Shown: positions 43,521 through 56,746, counted from the stretch's first letter. The stretch: 64,000 bases of DNA from Schmidtea polychroa (GCA_044892525.1 CM097885.1:9426001-9490000), one strand, 5' to 3'. Numbers and translations are program-made. The notes: generated from the sequence alone by a model not told the origin.

Positions 43521-44220
43521 TCATTACAATCTGTATTTTTATAAACAATCTTTTTTGTTAATTTAATTTATAACCAAAATAACTTCTTTTAAATTCTTTT
43601 AATTCTTTTAATTCTTATAATTCTTTTAAAAATTGTTTTGTTTCAATTTTTTATTATAAAATTTTCATAAATTTTTTTTATTATAATTTTTGAAGCAAGT
43701 TTTGTGAGTTTTTTCTTGGAAACTTAGATCAAAATTGGTAAATACTTCCTAAGCGAATAAATCACTTGAGTTCAAATAATTCAAATTCTCAACTATGAGC
43801 ATGAATTCAATTGACGGCCAGTTGTCATCCTTCATTTTTACCAACGAAGGTCAAACAAATTGTTCTGAGTTGTGAATTTGTGCCCAACATTTACTCAGGT
43901 CAGTACAAATCCGTTCGCATTAAATCTCGGGCGAGAATGGATGGGTTTTTTAGCTCCTGCTATATAGAAACTATATAAATTTTAAGTCTATTATCACAAA
44001 ATAAAGGAGTTGAGAGTTTATAATTAACAATAAACTTCTATAAAATTATTTGAAATTCTTTAATTTTTTTTTTAAAGGTGATATAACAGAAGTGTTTTTA
44101 TTAATACATATAATTTAAATTTTTTGCATTAATATTAATTTAAAAGAAAATTTAATGAAATTGTTTTATTTAATAAATTAAAAATATAATATCATAGTTA
44201 TATAAGTAACAAGTTTAAAT

Positions 44221-47200
44221 ATGAATATAAATATATACAGTCGAATTATAGCAAATAATGAAACAGATTCTTGTATACAACTGTCTAATGAATCAAATCA
44301 AACTGTAATAAATTGCTCCGATGGTTCTCAGTTGAAGTAATAATAACATAAATGGATTGTATTTATTTAATGGTCGAAGGGTAGCAAAATGTTTCACTGA
44401 ATTTGATGACAATCAAACAATATACGAGAACTGTATAGAAAATCTTATAAATGCAACATTGAATGGACTTAATTCGGCTTTCTTCTTGTTTGGTGAGCCA
44501 GAATACGATAAATCATATATTATAAACGGGAGTAATTCTAATAGAGGAATATTTTACATAGCTGTTTATTATTTATTTAATAAATTGAATGCAGGTAAAT
44601 AATTTATTATTTATTAGTTAGTCTACTTTTTGTTATTATTATCATAATTATTGATGAAAAAATGACCAAATCAAAAATTAGGAGGTGGGGTTGAGTCATT
44701 GATATTCTGAAGAGTACATAATAAAAGAGTTGAAAAACATGTAAGGGGTAATGTGAAATGTACATTCCTTCAATGGTTTTTATCCAATCACAGAGGAGAA
44801 GGGGTATGTCTCTATCAATGGTTTATCCAATCACAGAGGAGAAGGGGTATGCCCCTTTCAATGGTTTATCCAATCACAGAGGTGAAGAAGTATGCCCCTT
44901 TCAATGGTTTATCCAATCACAGAGGAGAAGGGGTATGCCCCTTTCAATGGTTTATCCAATCACAGAGGTGAAGAAGTATGCCCCTTTCAATGGTTTATCC
45001 AATCACAGAGGAGAAGGGATATGCCCCTTTCAATGGTTTATCCAATCACAGAGGTGAAGAAGTATGCCCCTTTCAATGGTTTATCCAATCACAGAGGAGA
45101 AGGGATATGCCCCTTTCAATGGTTTATCCAATCACAGAGGTGAAGAAGTATGCCCCTTTCAATGGTTTATCCAATCACAGAGGTGAAGAAGTATGCCCCT
45201 TTCAATGGTTTATCCAATCACAGAGGTGAAGAAGTATGCCCCTTTCAATGGTTTATCCAATCACAGAGGAGAAAGGGTAATAAGCCTCCTTCAATGGTTT
45301 ATTTAATTTACATGTTTCTCGCGTCAATTTTATCTTTTGTGCAACTCACTTAGTTTGTGAAAATATGACAAGTGGCTTACTGAATGGAGGTAGTGGAAGG
45401 CATATATTCTCGAGTGCCGGAGCAAGAGATGCCAAAATGGACACCTAATGTTTATTGAAAAATTTGCACCAGTTTTAGGAGAGGGGTTCCTTTTAATACA
45501 TTTATAATTTGGGATAATGTTAGAGAAATGTAAAAAATGATTTCCTTACTATATGACATTTACCATTATCTTTTAAATCTTAATAAAGAGTATGAAATAT
45601 TTTGAACGACTCCTAGACGCTTCGGGAGTTATTTTTATTTTCTCACATTCATAATTCTTTTTTTTTAATGTTTATTTTCATAAATCAACAGATAGAAACA
45701 TGAAGTCCTCATTCAAAGTGCAATTCTCTATCCTAAATGTCGCAGAAAATGTTATTTTTGATCTAACAAAATTGGATAATTCTTCAATTCATTTTGATAA
45801 AGTCAAATATTCAGAGACTGAAGGTCTTATAATTGAGGTTTGCTTTTCCACTATTAAATTTTATTGCATTATTTAACTATTAAAGGGTAACATCCCAATC
45901 AAGACCATATATAAATATGTTGGGGTTATAAAATTTTTAAAATTAAAATTGAATTATATTTGTAATTAAAGGAATGAGAGAAGGGTAAGACTGGTCAAGG
46001 AGAGAATTGACAATGCGAAGAAATACAATGGGTAGAAAGGCTCGAGAAGGTGCATCAGTATATGGGAAAGGCACAAAAAAGGTGAATTGAGAAAAATCGA
46101 TAAAAGATTCATAAATTCGAATTAAAGTCTGAAAATTGGTCATGTTGATAATAGATATCGAGGAATAACATGGTATTAACGGAATTTTCAGAAAGTGCTA
46201 GTAAGAGTGCGAAAAAGTGCGTAAAAGAGGAAAAACAAGAAAATTAAATTAATTAATTAATTAATTAATTAGCTAGTAGAAAGAAATCCCGAGTTGGGTA
46301 AACAAAGAGAAAAGTAAACAGATGGAAGATTTGGTCCCATTATCGTGTCACAGTGATTAATGGGAGAAGAACAAGAAAAAGATAGTGCGGGCTATTAATT
46401 ATCTTTGTTCGTTGGACCATTCTGGGTGACAGCCGAAATATGTCAGCAGATATGTTGAGTCAAATGTCAAGAGAGAGATTGGCTCGGCAATAACAACTTA
46501 TCATCCCGATTTCGAAGAGTATATAAGGAACCGACATTTAGCCTCATCTAGGAGTTAGAAGAAAACGAGGGTAGGCAAAGGAAAAAGACGAATTGGCAGT
46601 TTAGGGAAAAAGAAAAAATAGAACCAAGAGATACGTAAAAAGTGGAAAGGAATTAAACCGAAGGGAAAAGTTGGTCAAAAGAAGCTAGGGAATAAAAAGG
46701 TGAATATTATCTTTTGTCAAGGCATCAACACCGAGCGGAGAATCGGTCAAACTCTTAAAACTTTGGTTATTGATTATTTAATATCGAGAGAAATTTGTGA
46801 TTTAAATATACGTTGGGTAGTTATTGTTTTGATATTTACAATTAAAGGGACACGTGGAGTCAGAGGTTACCGACTTGAATTAATAAAACCCAACAATTAT
46901 ATTACCACATTATGGGACAAGGTATATAATATGTAGAAATTTATACATCCACTAATGTCATATCCACCATATCAAAGTAAATGTATCAATATCAAATATC
47001 AATATCAACAATATCAATATCTATTGAAAAAGCTATTGAAAATCAGTAAATATATCGATGTTTTTAATATATTTACTGATTTATAGTCTTCAAACTTTTT
47101 TTAATAAATTCAATGGAAAAAAATCAGTGGTGAAATTGGAAAAAAATTCTTATAATAATATCAATATCAACAATATTTTTTATTGCTGATTGTTTTTCAT

Positions 47201-47900
47201 TTTACTTGAGCGAGATCTCGCTATATATGCACAATTATTAATATAAAATGTGCATAGGTTGGTAAAAGATTCGATGAGCCAGTCGATTTATTTTGGTTTT
47301 AAAGCCCCATAACTCTATTATACTGATATTGCACGATGAATTAGAAAATATTTCACTTTATCTAGATTATCTATGGCAATTAATATATCTTATAGCTAAA
47401 TATTTTTATTTCTTTCACAAAAAAAATGGCACATTCTAGAGTTAAGCTTATGACCAAGTAACAGTTGGTATTGGGTAATAGCGTGACGTTTAAAACTGGT
47501 CGTAATGTCCTATCTGGACCGAATTGTTAAATGGGCCTAGAAGCTGAGTAACCTGAACATTACAAATAATCTATCGAGATTTTTCTTAAATAAATATATT
47601 TTTAAATTTTATATTTCATTATTCACCTGTTTGATATTTATTAAGGGTTTATCTGAAATTGATCTCGATTCAGCGGAAACTGCCATTTCTCTTTTTTCTA
47701 ATATTTGGAATTCTAAAATTACATCATTCAAATCAACCGGTACAATAATTATACAAATTAAATGCAATGTTAAGGTTATGAATTAATTTTATTTTTACAT
47801 TTTTTAATAATAATAATATTATAAGGACTTCTTTCGATTTTCACCTCTGATGTTTTTTCAATTAGCATTGTATTTATAAAATAAATAATAATTAATAATG

Positions 47901-47975
<75 letters not shown>

Positions 47976-48075
47976 TAGTCGAAAATTTTTTCATTAAACA
48001 CATTATTTGCAGCGAAAGGCTTAAATGATCACTTTATTGTTATAAATAATAAATGCTGCTACCACTTTATATTAA

Positions 48076-48151
<76 letters not shown>

Positions 48152-48267
48152 CATAATAATAATAATGTAGTCGAAAATTTTTTCATTAAATACATTATTT
48201 GCAGCGAAAGGCTTAAATGATCACTTTATTGTTATAAATAATAAATGCTGCTACCACTTTATATTAA

Positions 48268-48302
<35 letters not shown>

Positions 48303-51300
48303 TTAAAAAACTAAATGATAACCTTTTGCTGCCAAGTATGTATTCAATGAAAAATATTTTGATTATTAGACATTCCTTTACAATAAAAATATAATAATAG
48401 CTATCAAATTGTTGCTTATATAAACCATTAGAAAGATTATGAAATTCTAGAATTGAAAAACATTTAAAATTATTTAATAAATTCACATACAAATATTTTA
48501 AATTTAACCCATTTGATAATTAATTCAAATTTTAATTTAATTAATATTTTAAACAATTACCGTATATTTCGGCGTATAAGGCGACCGTCAGATAAGACGA
48601 GGTACAAAATTAGAGCAAATTTTTATGATTTATCATATATCGGTTGTAGAGGTATAAATACAACTAGTATAAATACAACTACCTGTACTGTAATACTTTC
48701 TTTTATATCGGTTGTATAAGACGACCCACAATTTTCAAGGGTGATTTTTTGACTTTAAGGGTCGTCTTATACGCCGAAATATACGGTAAATGATAATTTA
48801 ATCCTTTTGCGGCAAATGATATATTTAATACAAATTAAAAAAATTTCGACTATATGATAGCCCTTGTCGATTTCCTAGAATTTAGTTTCTTCTATTTTCA
48901 ATATACTTTTTGTTCTTCTCTATTTTCTTTTTATTTCTCTTATTTTCCTTTAACCAATGAAGCGCAGTGAGACCCGGTCAATTAGATAAGGTAGGGAATT
49001 CACCTGAGCGCCAATCTTGGACAAACAAATTAATTTAAAAATCTTCAAAATGTATGCCTAAGATTCTCGTGTAGAGAATTAATTGCAATAATCATAACGG
49101 TAGATAATTGCCCTTTCAGAACAAGTATAAAAAGGGAACTCAACAACAGACAAGTTGCAGTTCGTCGAAGACACAAGAAGGAAGTTTGGCGGTAGAGACA
49201 ACCAGCAATCGGAGGACGAAATCCAGTATTTGAAAGTAAAGTTTAATTCTCGTACCTGAAAAGATGATTGCCTCTTTGGTTGTCTACCTTTGCAAGCGAT
49301 ATTTATTCAGAGAGAAAACTGCAAATCTAGTGACGAATTTTAATTTTGATTGAAGTAAGAAAAAAGTTATTCGGTGTTGGGTTTCGATTCATTTGTTTAA
49401 ATAAGAACACGAGGAGTCAGAGTAAACCGCCTTGAAAAATAATGACCCAACAGAAGTTAAGAACTAAGAACTACATAAAAATATGTTATCTTTTTAATTG
49501 TTATTTTAACATTAAATTTTATGTCATTGGTAAATTATGAAGTTAATTCGTGTCTATGTGCGCTTTTTACTTTCTTTGTATTTGGGTTGTGTGCGCACAC
49601 AGACGCGGTAAATTGTCGCATTATTAGTTTATCTCGCGTCTGTGTGCGCTTTTTGCTTTGTTGATTTGGATTGTGTGCGCACACAGACGCGGAAAAGTGA
49701 GAAGATTATGTTTTGTTGGATCGATCTAAGAGTTTTTGATGAATCGAATTTTGGTTGTGCTTTGCTCATTCGAATTGTGAGTTGTTTTCAAATGGGTTTT
49801 AAAAAGGAGTTTTGGATTGTATTGAGTTTTGGATGGATGTTTTCGAATTGTGAGTTGTTTTCGAATGGTTTCCTGTTGGGAAAATATATGATTTTTGATA
49901 TTATGCGTAATAACTTAATGGAAAATAATGATGATGCCTTGAATGCTCTTCATGTTATTCGTTACAACTCAAGGGAAAATAATAATGATGCCTTGAATGC
50001 CGTTCATATTATTTGTTATAACTCAATGGAAAATAATGATGATGCCTTGAATGCAGGTCATATTATGCGTTATAACTTAATGGAAAATAATAATGATGCC
50101 TTGAATGCCGTTCATATTATTCGTTGTAACTCAATGGAAAATAATGATGATGCCTTGAATGTTTCTCATATTATTCGTCATGCTTCTGTTGGAAATACTG
50201 CAAACGAAACTGATGGTTCCTTTTTTATGACTCCAAGAGATCCTGATAACTTTAATAGTGTTTTTGGCCAACTAATATCAAATTTATTTGGTGGATTGCT
50301 GCCGCAGGATTTAGATCCGATTCGTCAGATTACATGTTTTCAGATCAAAGTTTTGACAAGTGTGTAACGAGTATTAAGAATCAATTTGAACAAAGTGGTC
50401 CTCCACTAGCAAATAAGGCAGATATTGAAAGATTACCAGTCAAGAAAATCACCGCAGCTAATGATACAGGTTTCAGTTGTCTGTCAGATTATGAAGTGGC
50501 CGATGAAGTGTACGAGTTGCTCCGCCGAGAAACGTGGACGATTACTAAGACGATACTTAGAATCAAGCTTCAAAGGACGATTAAACAGTCATATTAAATC
50601 TTGTCTAAAACATTTCTTTATTGGCCTTTACTTCATCGAAATCAACTCCTTTCGCCAAATCACTTTCAATCGATACAATTGCAAGATCAGGAAGCCTTGA
50701 TTGTCACATAGTAGATGGCAAATAGTTCTTTATAAACCTTTACTTTGAAAAACTCGACTCACATGAAGTCACAGACATACAGCAATATTTTCGGTGTCAA
50801 TTGTTTTGTGAAGACTAAATCCTGCTTCCAACGTTTTCTAATTTTCAAGGCAATGTAAGTGCTCTTCAGATGTCTCATGATTATGCACTTTCGGGTTCAG
50901 TTGCCACCACTTGTGAAACCCAGTCACAATTTTGGGTTTTGAGTCGGTAGCATTAACGTTACCGGCAAAGAGTCGGCAGTAAAAACAATATAATTCCTCA
51001 CTGACTGGAAAGTAAATCATCCATGTTCCTAACGCTTTCTCGCCATTTGGCATGACCTTGTAAAAACCCTCTTTTGATAGCTGGCGAACATTTCTTTTTG
51101 CTCTTAGATCTTGCCTTGTCACAATCTTTGTTCTGGAGAGAAGCACTTCCTCTTTTGATGATTACAACTCGCAAATCATATTATACACGCAGAACTATAA
51201 CACGTTATAACTTATAATTAACTGAACAGAGATATTTTTATATTTCAATAATATAATAAATTTCTATCGAAGGGCTGAAACAATGTATAAGAATAATTTC

Positions 51301-52291
51301 ATGGAGTGACAGAATCATTGTGATATTTTGTGACAGTGATATTTTGATATGGTGACGTCACCCGGTGCGGTCCGCATAGCCCGCTGCCTCTAGTGATGCC
51401 ACTGTATGAAAATAATAATTACAATCTGGTACTACTTGCTAGTATGCAACTAGATCATGAATACCGTCTGTATTCCACATCCACAGCAAACCATATAACC
51501 AACAGAGAAGTGTGTATTTAGTATTGGTGCTGGGGGATATTTAGTATATTTTAATAGAATATCCGAACGGTTATAAAATTTAAAAAAGTACAGGTTTACA
51601 GTCGCCTTTAGTAGGTTTCTTTATAATTCATATTTTGGTTGATTAACCACTTAATGTACGTGCCCGTGACATATACGGGCGCATCTTACTGGTAATTTTG
51701 TACGCGCCCGTGACATAGACGGGCGAACATTATATTTACTTATGATATTTACGTATAGCGTGTTTATAACGTGTTGGTTGAATTGTTTAATTATTTAATT
51801 ATTTTGAATTACTTTCTTTATTATATTATTTTTATTATATTATACCACAAAATTCAAAATAAATGAGTACATTAAGTGGCTAAATAAAAATACTGATATA
51901 TTTGTCATTATTTACTGATACTTAATTTTAATTAATAACCATTTAAAATTCTGCTAATTAACCTTGTCTAACTACATTTGAATTAAAATGCTGTTCATTT
52001 TTTCTCAAAGTCGGTATTATACTGATAATTTATATAGCTTAATGACGACATTAAATTGTAAATACTGATCCATTAAGTAGTAGCCATTTTTATGTAAATT
52101 AATTTTTAGACTTTTGGAAAAGAGCAAAATAACGTTGTAAGCCAATTTTCAATTGTATATTTTCCTGAGAACAACCTTGATGGGAAGTCTCCTACTCAAC
52201 GGACTCAATCTCAAGATCTAAACGGATTATTACAGTTACAAATTTTGCTAGAAAAACTCAATAAAACAGATGACCTCTTAGAGTACCACGG
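44221..52291 (+). CDS. Kinesin motor-domain-like protein with degenerate catalytic motifs (exons 44221-44336, 44380-44594, 45692-45837, 47646-47774, 52110-52291; 3' partial)
   Basis: Five phase-consistent GT-AG exons. Motifs follow kinesin order: NINIYSRI, NQTIYENCIENLINATLNGLNSAFFLFG, FKVQFSILNVAENVIFDL, GLIIEGLSEIDLDS, SQFSIV, LNGLLQLQILLEKL. Confidence 0.82.
44770..45303. repeat. 43-bp tandem minisatellite, about 12.3 copies (intronic)
   Basis: Unit tcaatggtttatccaatcacagagg(a/t)gaag(gg/aa)gtatgcccctt. Confidence 0.95.
45918..46895 (+). mobile_element. Solo LTR in intron 3 of the kinesin-like gene
   Basis: tgttgggg ... acccaaca; flanks aata/atta; cacgtggagtcagag near the 3' end. Confidence 0.78.
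47950..48300. repeat. Tandem duplication (192-bp period) bounded by (TAA)n
   Basis: gtagtcgaaaattttttcattaaa...ccactttatattaag at 47975 and 48167. Confidence 0.9.
48560..48786. mobile_element. pogo/Tigger-type MITE
   Basis: TA-ccgtatatttcggcgtataaggcgacc ... ggtcgtcttatacgccgaaatatacgg-TA; 27-bp TIR with 1 mismatch. Confidence 0.92.
48950..49452 (+). mobile_element. 5'-truncated LTR
   Basis: tataaaa box, cacgaggagtcagag and terminal acccaaca as in the other LTRs; 5' boundary approximate. Confidence 0.55.
49890..50525 (+). pseudogene. RNF115/RNF126-like E3 ligase fragment preceded by a 60-bp coding tandem repeat
   Basis: DYMFSDQSFDKCVTSIKNQFEQSGPPLANKADIERLPVKKIT...CLSDYEVADEVYEL matches the pre-RING/RING-H2 start. 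Frameshifted and truncated; about 4.5 copies of a 60-bp unit at 49900-50178. Confidence 0.7.
50525..51404 (-). mobile_element. Truncated hAT (ZMYM1-like) 5' end
   Basis: Minus-strand terminus cagtggcatcactag at 51404; TTF zinc finger WMIYF..ELYCFYCRLF..GFHKW..HETSEEH. Confidence 0.8.
51647..51879. mobile_element. piggyBac-type MITE
   Basis: TTAA-ccacttaatgtac ... gtacattaagtgg-CTAA; perfect 13-bp TIR. Confidence 0.8.
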
Positions 52292-53437
52292 GTAAAATCT
52301 TATTAAATTTCTAGCATATTAACTATTAAAATATTTCTCTAAAACACAAACGGTCCTTTGAGGTTTTTCTAATCAATTTAAATGTATTTGTATATAATAA
52401 TAGTAGGATATGCCACCTCCAGGACACTATCCCCCTTCCTAGCGGGGAAAAATATTAAGCTAAAAAAATTTTTTTTAAAGTTAAAAATATGTAGGTAAAG
52501 TCAAATATTTTGAATTTTCACTATTTTTCCATGGTTTCTAGCGAAATTTTTCTACGTTTTTATGAAATTGGACTGATTTTATCGATTTTTTCACAAATAT
52601 TTCTAAGTTTTTAGGTAGGTCAACTTACTTTAAACATGTGTCACCTCCAGGACAATATATAAGATATGTAGGTCAACTCAAAATTAAGTAGGTCAAGTTA
52701 AAATTAAGTTGGCCAAGTTGAAATTAAGTAGTTCAGGTTAAAAATATGTAGTTCAAGTCAAATTTTTTGAATTTTCACTATTTTCTCATGGTTTTTCGTG
52801 AAATATTTTAAGTTTTTATGTAGATCAAGTTACTTTAAACATGTGTCACTTCCAGGATACTATATAAAATAAGTAGGTCACAACTATATTGTTTTTTAAA
52901 GAAGTAGGTCAGGACTATATAGTTTTTAAATAAGTAGGTCAAGTTTAAAATAAGTAGGTAGTATAATTATTATATAATTATATATAGTATAATTATAGTA
53001 TATAGAATATAGTATAATTATTATACAAGTCTATAGTTTAATTAAACATGTCATACACTCTAAATGGGTGTAGGAAAAGTGACTGTGTGCGTGTATGTGT
53101 GTAAAGGGCAATAGTTAAGAATAAAATTATAAATTCCTAATGAAACACATATAAATTAGATAAAATTTATCAAAATTATATGTTTTAAGGTTAAAAGTGT
53201 GTGTGTGCCTGTACAGAAAAATATTAATAAAGAGCAGTAATTAAGAGCATCACTCGAAAGTCTACATGGTAGTCATGCACTTGGATTGCACATGCCTTTG
53301 TTAATCATGCACATCTATTGCACAAGTCCTTGTTTAACACGCGCGTTTATGCTTAATGATAAAATAAATACATATTCAAGATTTATTGATTAGTACATGT
53401 ACAGTCTACATCTAACACCTTTTCATTATATTCTCAA

Positions 53438-53724
53438 CTACGTGATCAACGCAATCGTTAAAATCATTACACACATGTTGTTCGATTTGTGTAGATTCAT
53501 CTCAGATAAACCTTCTTCAGTAACTTGAGAATCTTCATGTATTCTTGAATCATCATCATCAGAAGAAACCAATTCTTGTTCTAATGTATCTGCAACTGTA
53601 ACTATATCTCTAACTTTTATACCGGTTAACTCCTCTAATTGTTGAAACAAAAAGTTTATTAAATATTCTAAATAAAATTAGTGTACATTAAACACTTATA
53701 TGTTATACCTTTTTCTGACGACAT
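53438..53724 (-). CDS. Small acidic orphan protein, probably spliced
   Basis: MSSEK|gtataa..tttag|EYLINFLFQQLEELTGIKVRDIV...; a roughly 41-bp intron joins in frame. Confidence 0.45.
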
Positions 53725-53772
53725 TTTAAACATTTTCAAATGAAATAAAATTTGTTTATATTTTACAATGTC

Positions 53773-53978
<206 letters not shown>

Positions 53979-54033
53979 TTATTTCAAAACAAACAAAGTC
54001 TGATCAAATACATTTATTTAACTACTACATTTA

Positions 54034-54480
54034 TTAAAATATTTGTGAAATTCGCGCAGTTTTTATTTTCCAAATAGGAGAAAACACATCATTCTGATCG
54101 ACTTTATAGCCTTGAATTGTAATTGTTAGAAACCAGCTTTCCTGTTCCTTAAAGCCTATTTCTGCAAAGGCGTCATAATATCTTGCATATCGCGCATTGA
54201 AGAAAGCGTTTTGATTGCATTTTAGATTTGAATCTATCTTATTGAAAACTTCATCTATAGCTTTAATATCTATCATTAAGAGAGTTCCAGCTAGAAATTG
54301 GAATTGAGTTTGGTCCAGTTTGACTGATTTTACCAATCTTCTTTAAAGAAATAAATTTTGTAATTGTGAAACATCTGAACCGGTTGCACGATTTCTTCAA
54401 CAGCTTTTACTTTTTCGGAGTTTGATACTTTCTTTGTAATTTTGATTAATGACAAAATAAGTTTGAACAATCCTTTTATA
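54034..54480 (-). pseudogene. Orphan element gene, frameshifted upstream of ORF 54034-54336
   Basis: 100-aa protein-like ORF; upstream open frame ends in a different phase near 54335. Confidence 0.45.
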
Positions 54481-54795
54481 CCTTCAAAACATATCGATTA
54501 ACCAATCAGATTAAAGTATACCTTTGTTTAAATTATGCCTTTGTTTAAATTGCATTTAGGTTGCACTTATGAAGCATATTGTTTTCTAACTTAAATTATG
54601 TTCGATTATTACTATTTTATTAGTCTTATTACTATTTATTTTTTCGATTAGTCTTATAACTATTTATTATTATTACTATTACTAGTTTTATTACTATTTA
54701 CTACAAAGACAAAACAAAACAATAAATAATTAAACATAAAGATTTATATCGAGACAATTCGACTGAAATGATAATTTCGAAGTCTTTACTAAAGA

Positions 54796-55185
54796 CTATT
54801 CAACATATCTTTGGTAGCGGAAATGACAACAACTGCATCCAATAAAGCAGGGGTATTCTGGTTCCACTTCCTTCATAGTTCTTCCGATCTTCACATCCCA
54901 GAGAAGGGTATTAATAATATCAAATATCCAGATTCTGGTTTCGTTGTAGATTAAGTCTGGAATTATTGCAGCATCTCGATCTTTCAGGATAGCATACATT
55001 TGTGGATAATAGAAATGTAATCTTTCAAGTATTATTGCCTGATATTCATCTGTAAATAATATTATAAATCCAAGTAAAAATAAAATTTAAATTTATCGTA
55101 ATGTTCCATTTCTTTCATAGCTGTTATAGCAGAGCTTTGAATATTGTACATTTTCAAAAACTGTTAATAAATGAAGAAACATCAT
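54796..55185 (-). CDS. Orphan element gene with C-terminal Cys cluster (PCFIGCSCCH)
   Basis: Open frame from acceptor tttacag near 55050 to the stop at 54796. The upstream putative exon has a non-GT donor (tacg|ataaat), so the gene may be damaged. Confidence 0.45.
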
Positions 55186-55278
55186 GTTTTAAACGATCAT
55201 CGGGAAATTAGATATCGACCAATCAGAATGATGCATTTCAATTGCACTGAATTTGCAATCACTTGATATTTTAAATAA

Positions 55279-55670
55279 TTAATTAAGTGATAATAAAAAA
55301 TCTAAAAATTCTTTTCCTTTAATTATTGATTTTATTTCAGATATGATATTATCAACTATACATGTGTAATCAATATTTTTAATTCCAACAATTACTATCT
55401 TACCACTAGCGAATATATTGACACACATAGGGTTATTTTTTGTATATCTCAAAGCTGAAAATAATTCTGGTTCGTAAACGCATGGTTTTACAAGCAAAAC
55501 CCATATCAGAAGTTACTGTTATCGATTGTATTTCTAAATCATAAACATTATAATCACTAGCTATGATTATTTCCTTACACTCCATAATTCTACATTTACC
55601 AGTTTTGAAATAAATTATGGGATATGCAAAATATTCATTCTTTTTATACTCGGTGCCTTTAACAATGTAT
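55279..55670 (-). pseudogene. Minimal intronless TATA-box-binding-protein (TBP)-like gene, frameshifted near 55497
   Basis: Repeat 1 end PIIYFKTGKCRIMECK; repeat 2 LEIQSITVTSDMGF / CVYEPELFSALRYTKNNPMCVNIFASGKIVIVGIK, compared with TBP YEPELFPGLIYRM..P..VLLIFVSGK.V.TGAK. Confidence 0.85.
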
Positions 55671-56696
55671 TAAAACCTTAATTTTCACTTGACCTACTTA
55701 TTTAAAAACTATATAGTCGTGACCTACATCTTTTTTTAATTAAACAATATAGTAGGTAGTTAGTGGCTTACGGCAGCAATAGGGGGGGGGGTAAAAAATG
55801 TTGCAAACTTTTGATTGCATAACTTTTTCCGTAGACATTTTTTGATTACATAATTGTTGCCGTAATGCCCAATGTTTTCTGGGATTTTAAATACAAATTT
55901 TTTTTTTTTTTTTTTTCAATAAACAAGCCAAGGATAAATATTATTTGGGTGGGTCTCCTTGGTCCTGAGAATTTCAATAGAAAAAGGTAGTCTTCAATAA
56001 AAAAGCATGGATTTTTCACACTATAGTGAGGGGATCTTCTTGGTCATGAGAATTTCAATAGAAAAGGTGGTTTACATTAAAAAAACGCATAGTAAATTTT
56101 TAAAATAAAGCAAATTATGGGTCTAAAATTTAAAAATAAAGTAAATGATGGGTCTAAAAATTTAAGTAAATCAAGGTTCAGATTTATTTTTGAAATAAAG
56201 TAAATTATGGTCTAAATAAGTAAATTATGGGCTAAGATTTTTCAATTAAAGTAAATAATGGTTCTAAAAAATTAAATTAAAGTAAATAATGGTCCAAATA
56301 TTTTAAATTACAGTAAATAATGGTTCTAAAAATTAAATTACAGTAAATAATGGTCAAAAATTTTAAAATTAAAGTAAATTATGGTTCTAAAAATTAAATT
56401 ACAGTAAATAATGGTCAAAAATTTTAAAATTAAAGTAAATTATGGTTCTAAAAATTAAATTAAAGTTAATTAAGGTCAAAAATTTTAAAATTAAAGTAAT
56501 AATTTTTAAATAAGTAAATTAAAGTAATGTAATAAGTAAATTAAAGTAAGATTTTTAAATTTATTAACAAAAATAGAAGGTGTTTGAGAATTGAAATTTT
56601 TTAATGGAAATTTTAATGAATTATTTTTTAAGTAATTTTTAATAGAAATTTTTATGAATAATTTTCAATGGTAATTTTTAATGGAAATTTTAATGA

Positions 56697-56746
<50 letters not shown>

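Noticed and set aside
44770..45303. CRISPR-like array
   Set aside because: No unique spacers and no cas genes; it is a tandem minisatellite in a eukaryotic intron. The overlapping ORFs are repeat artefacts.
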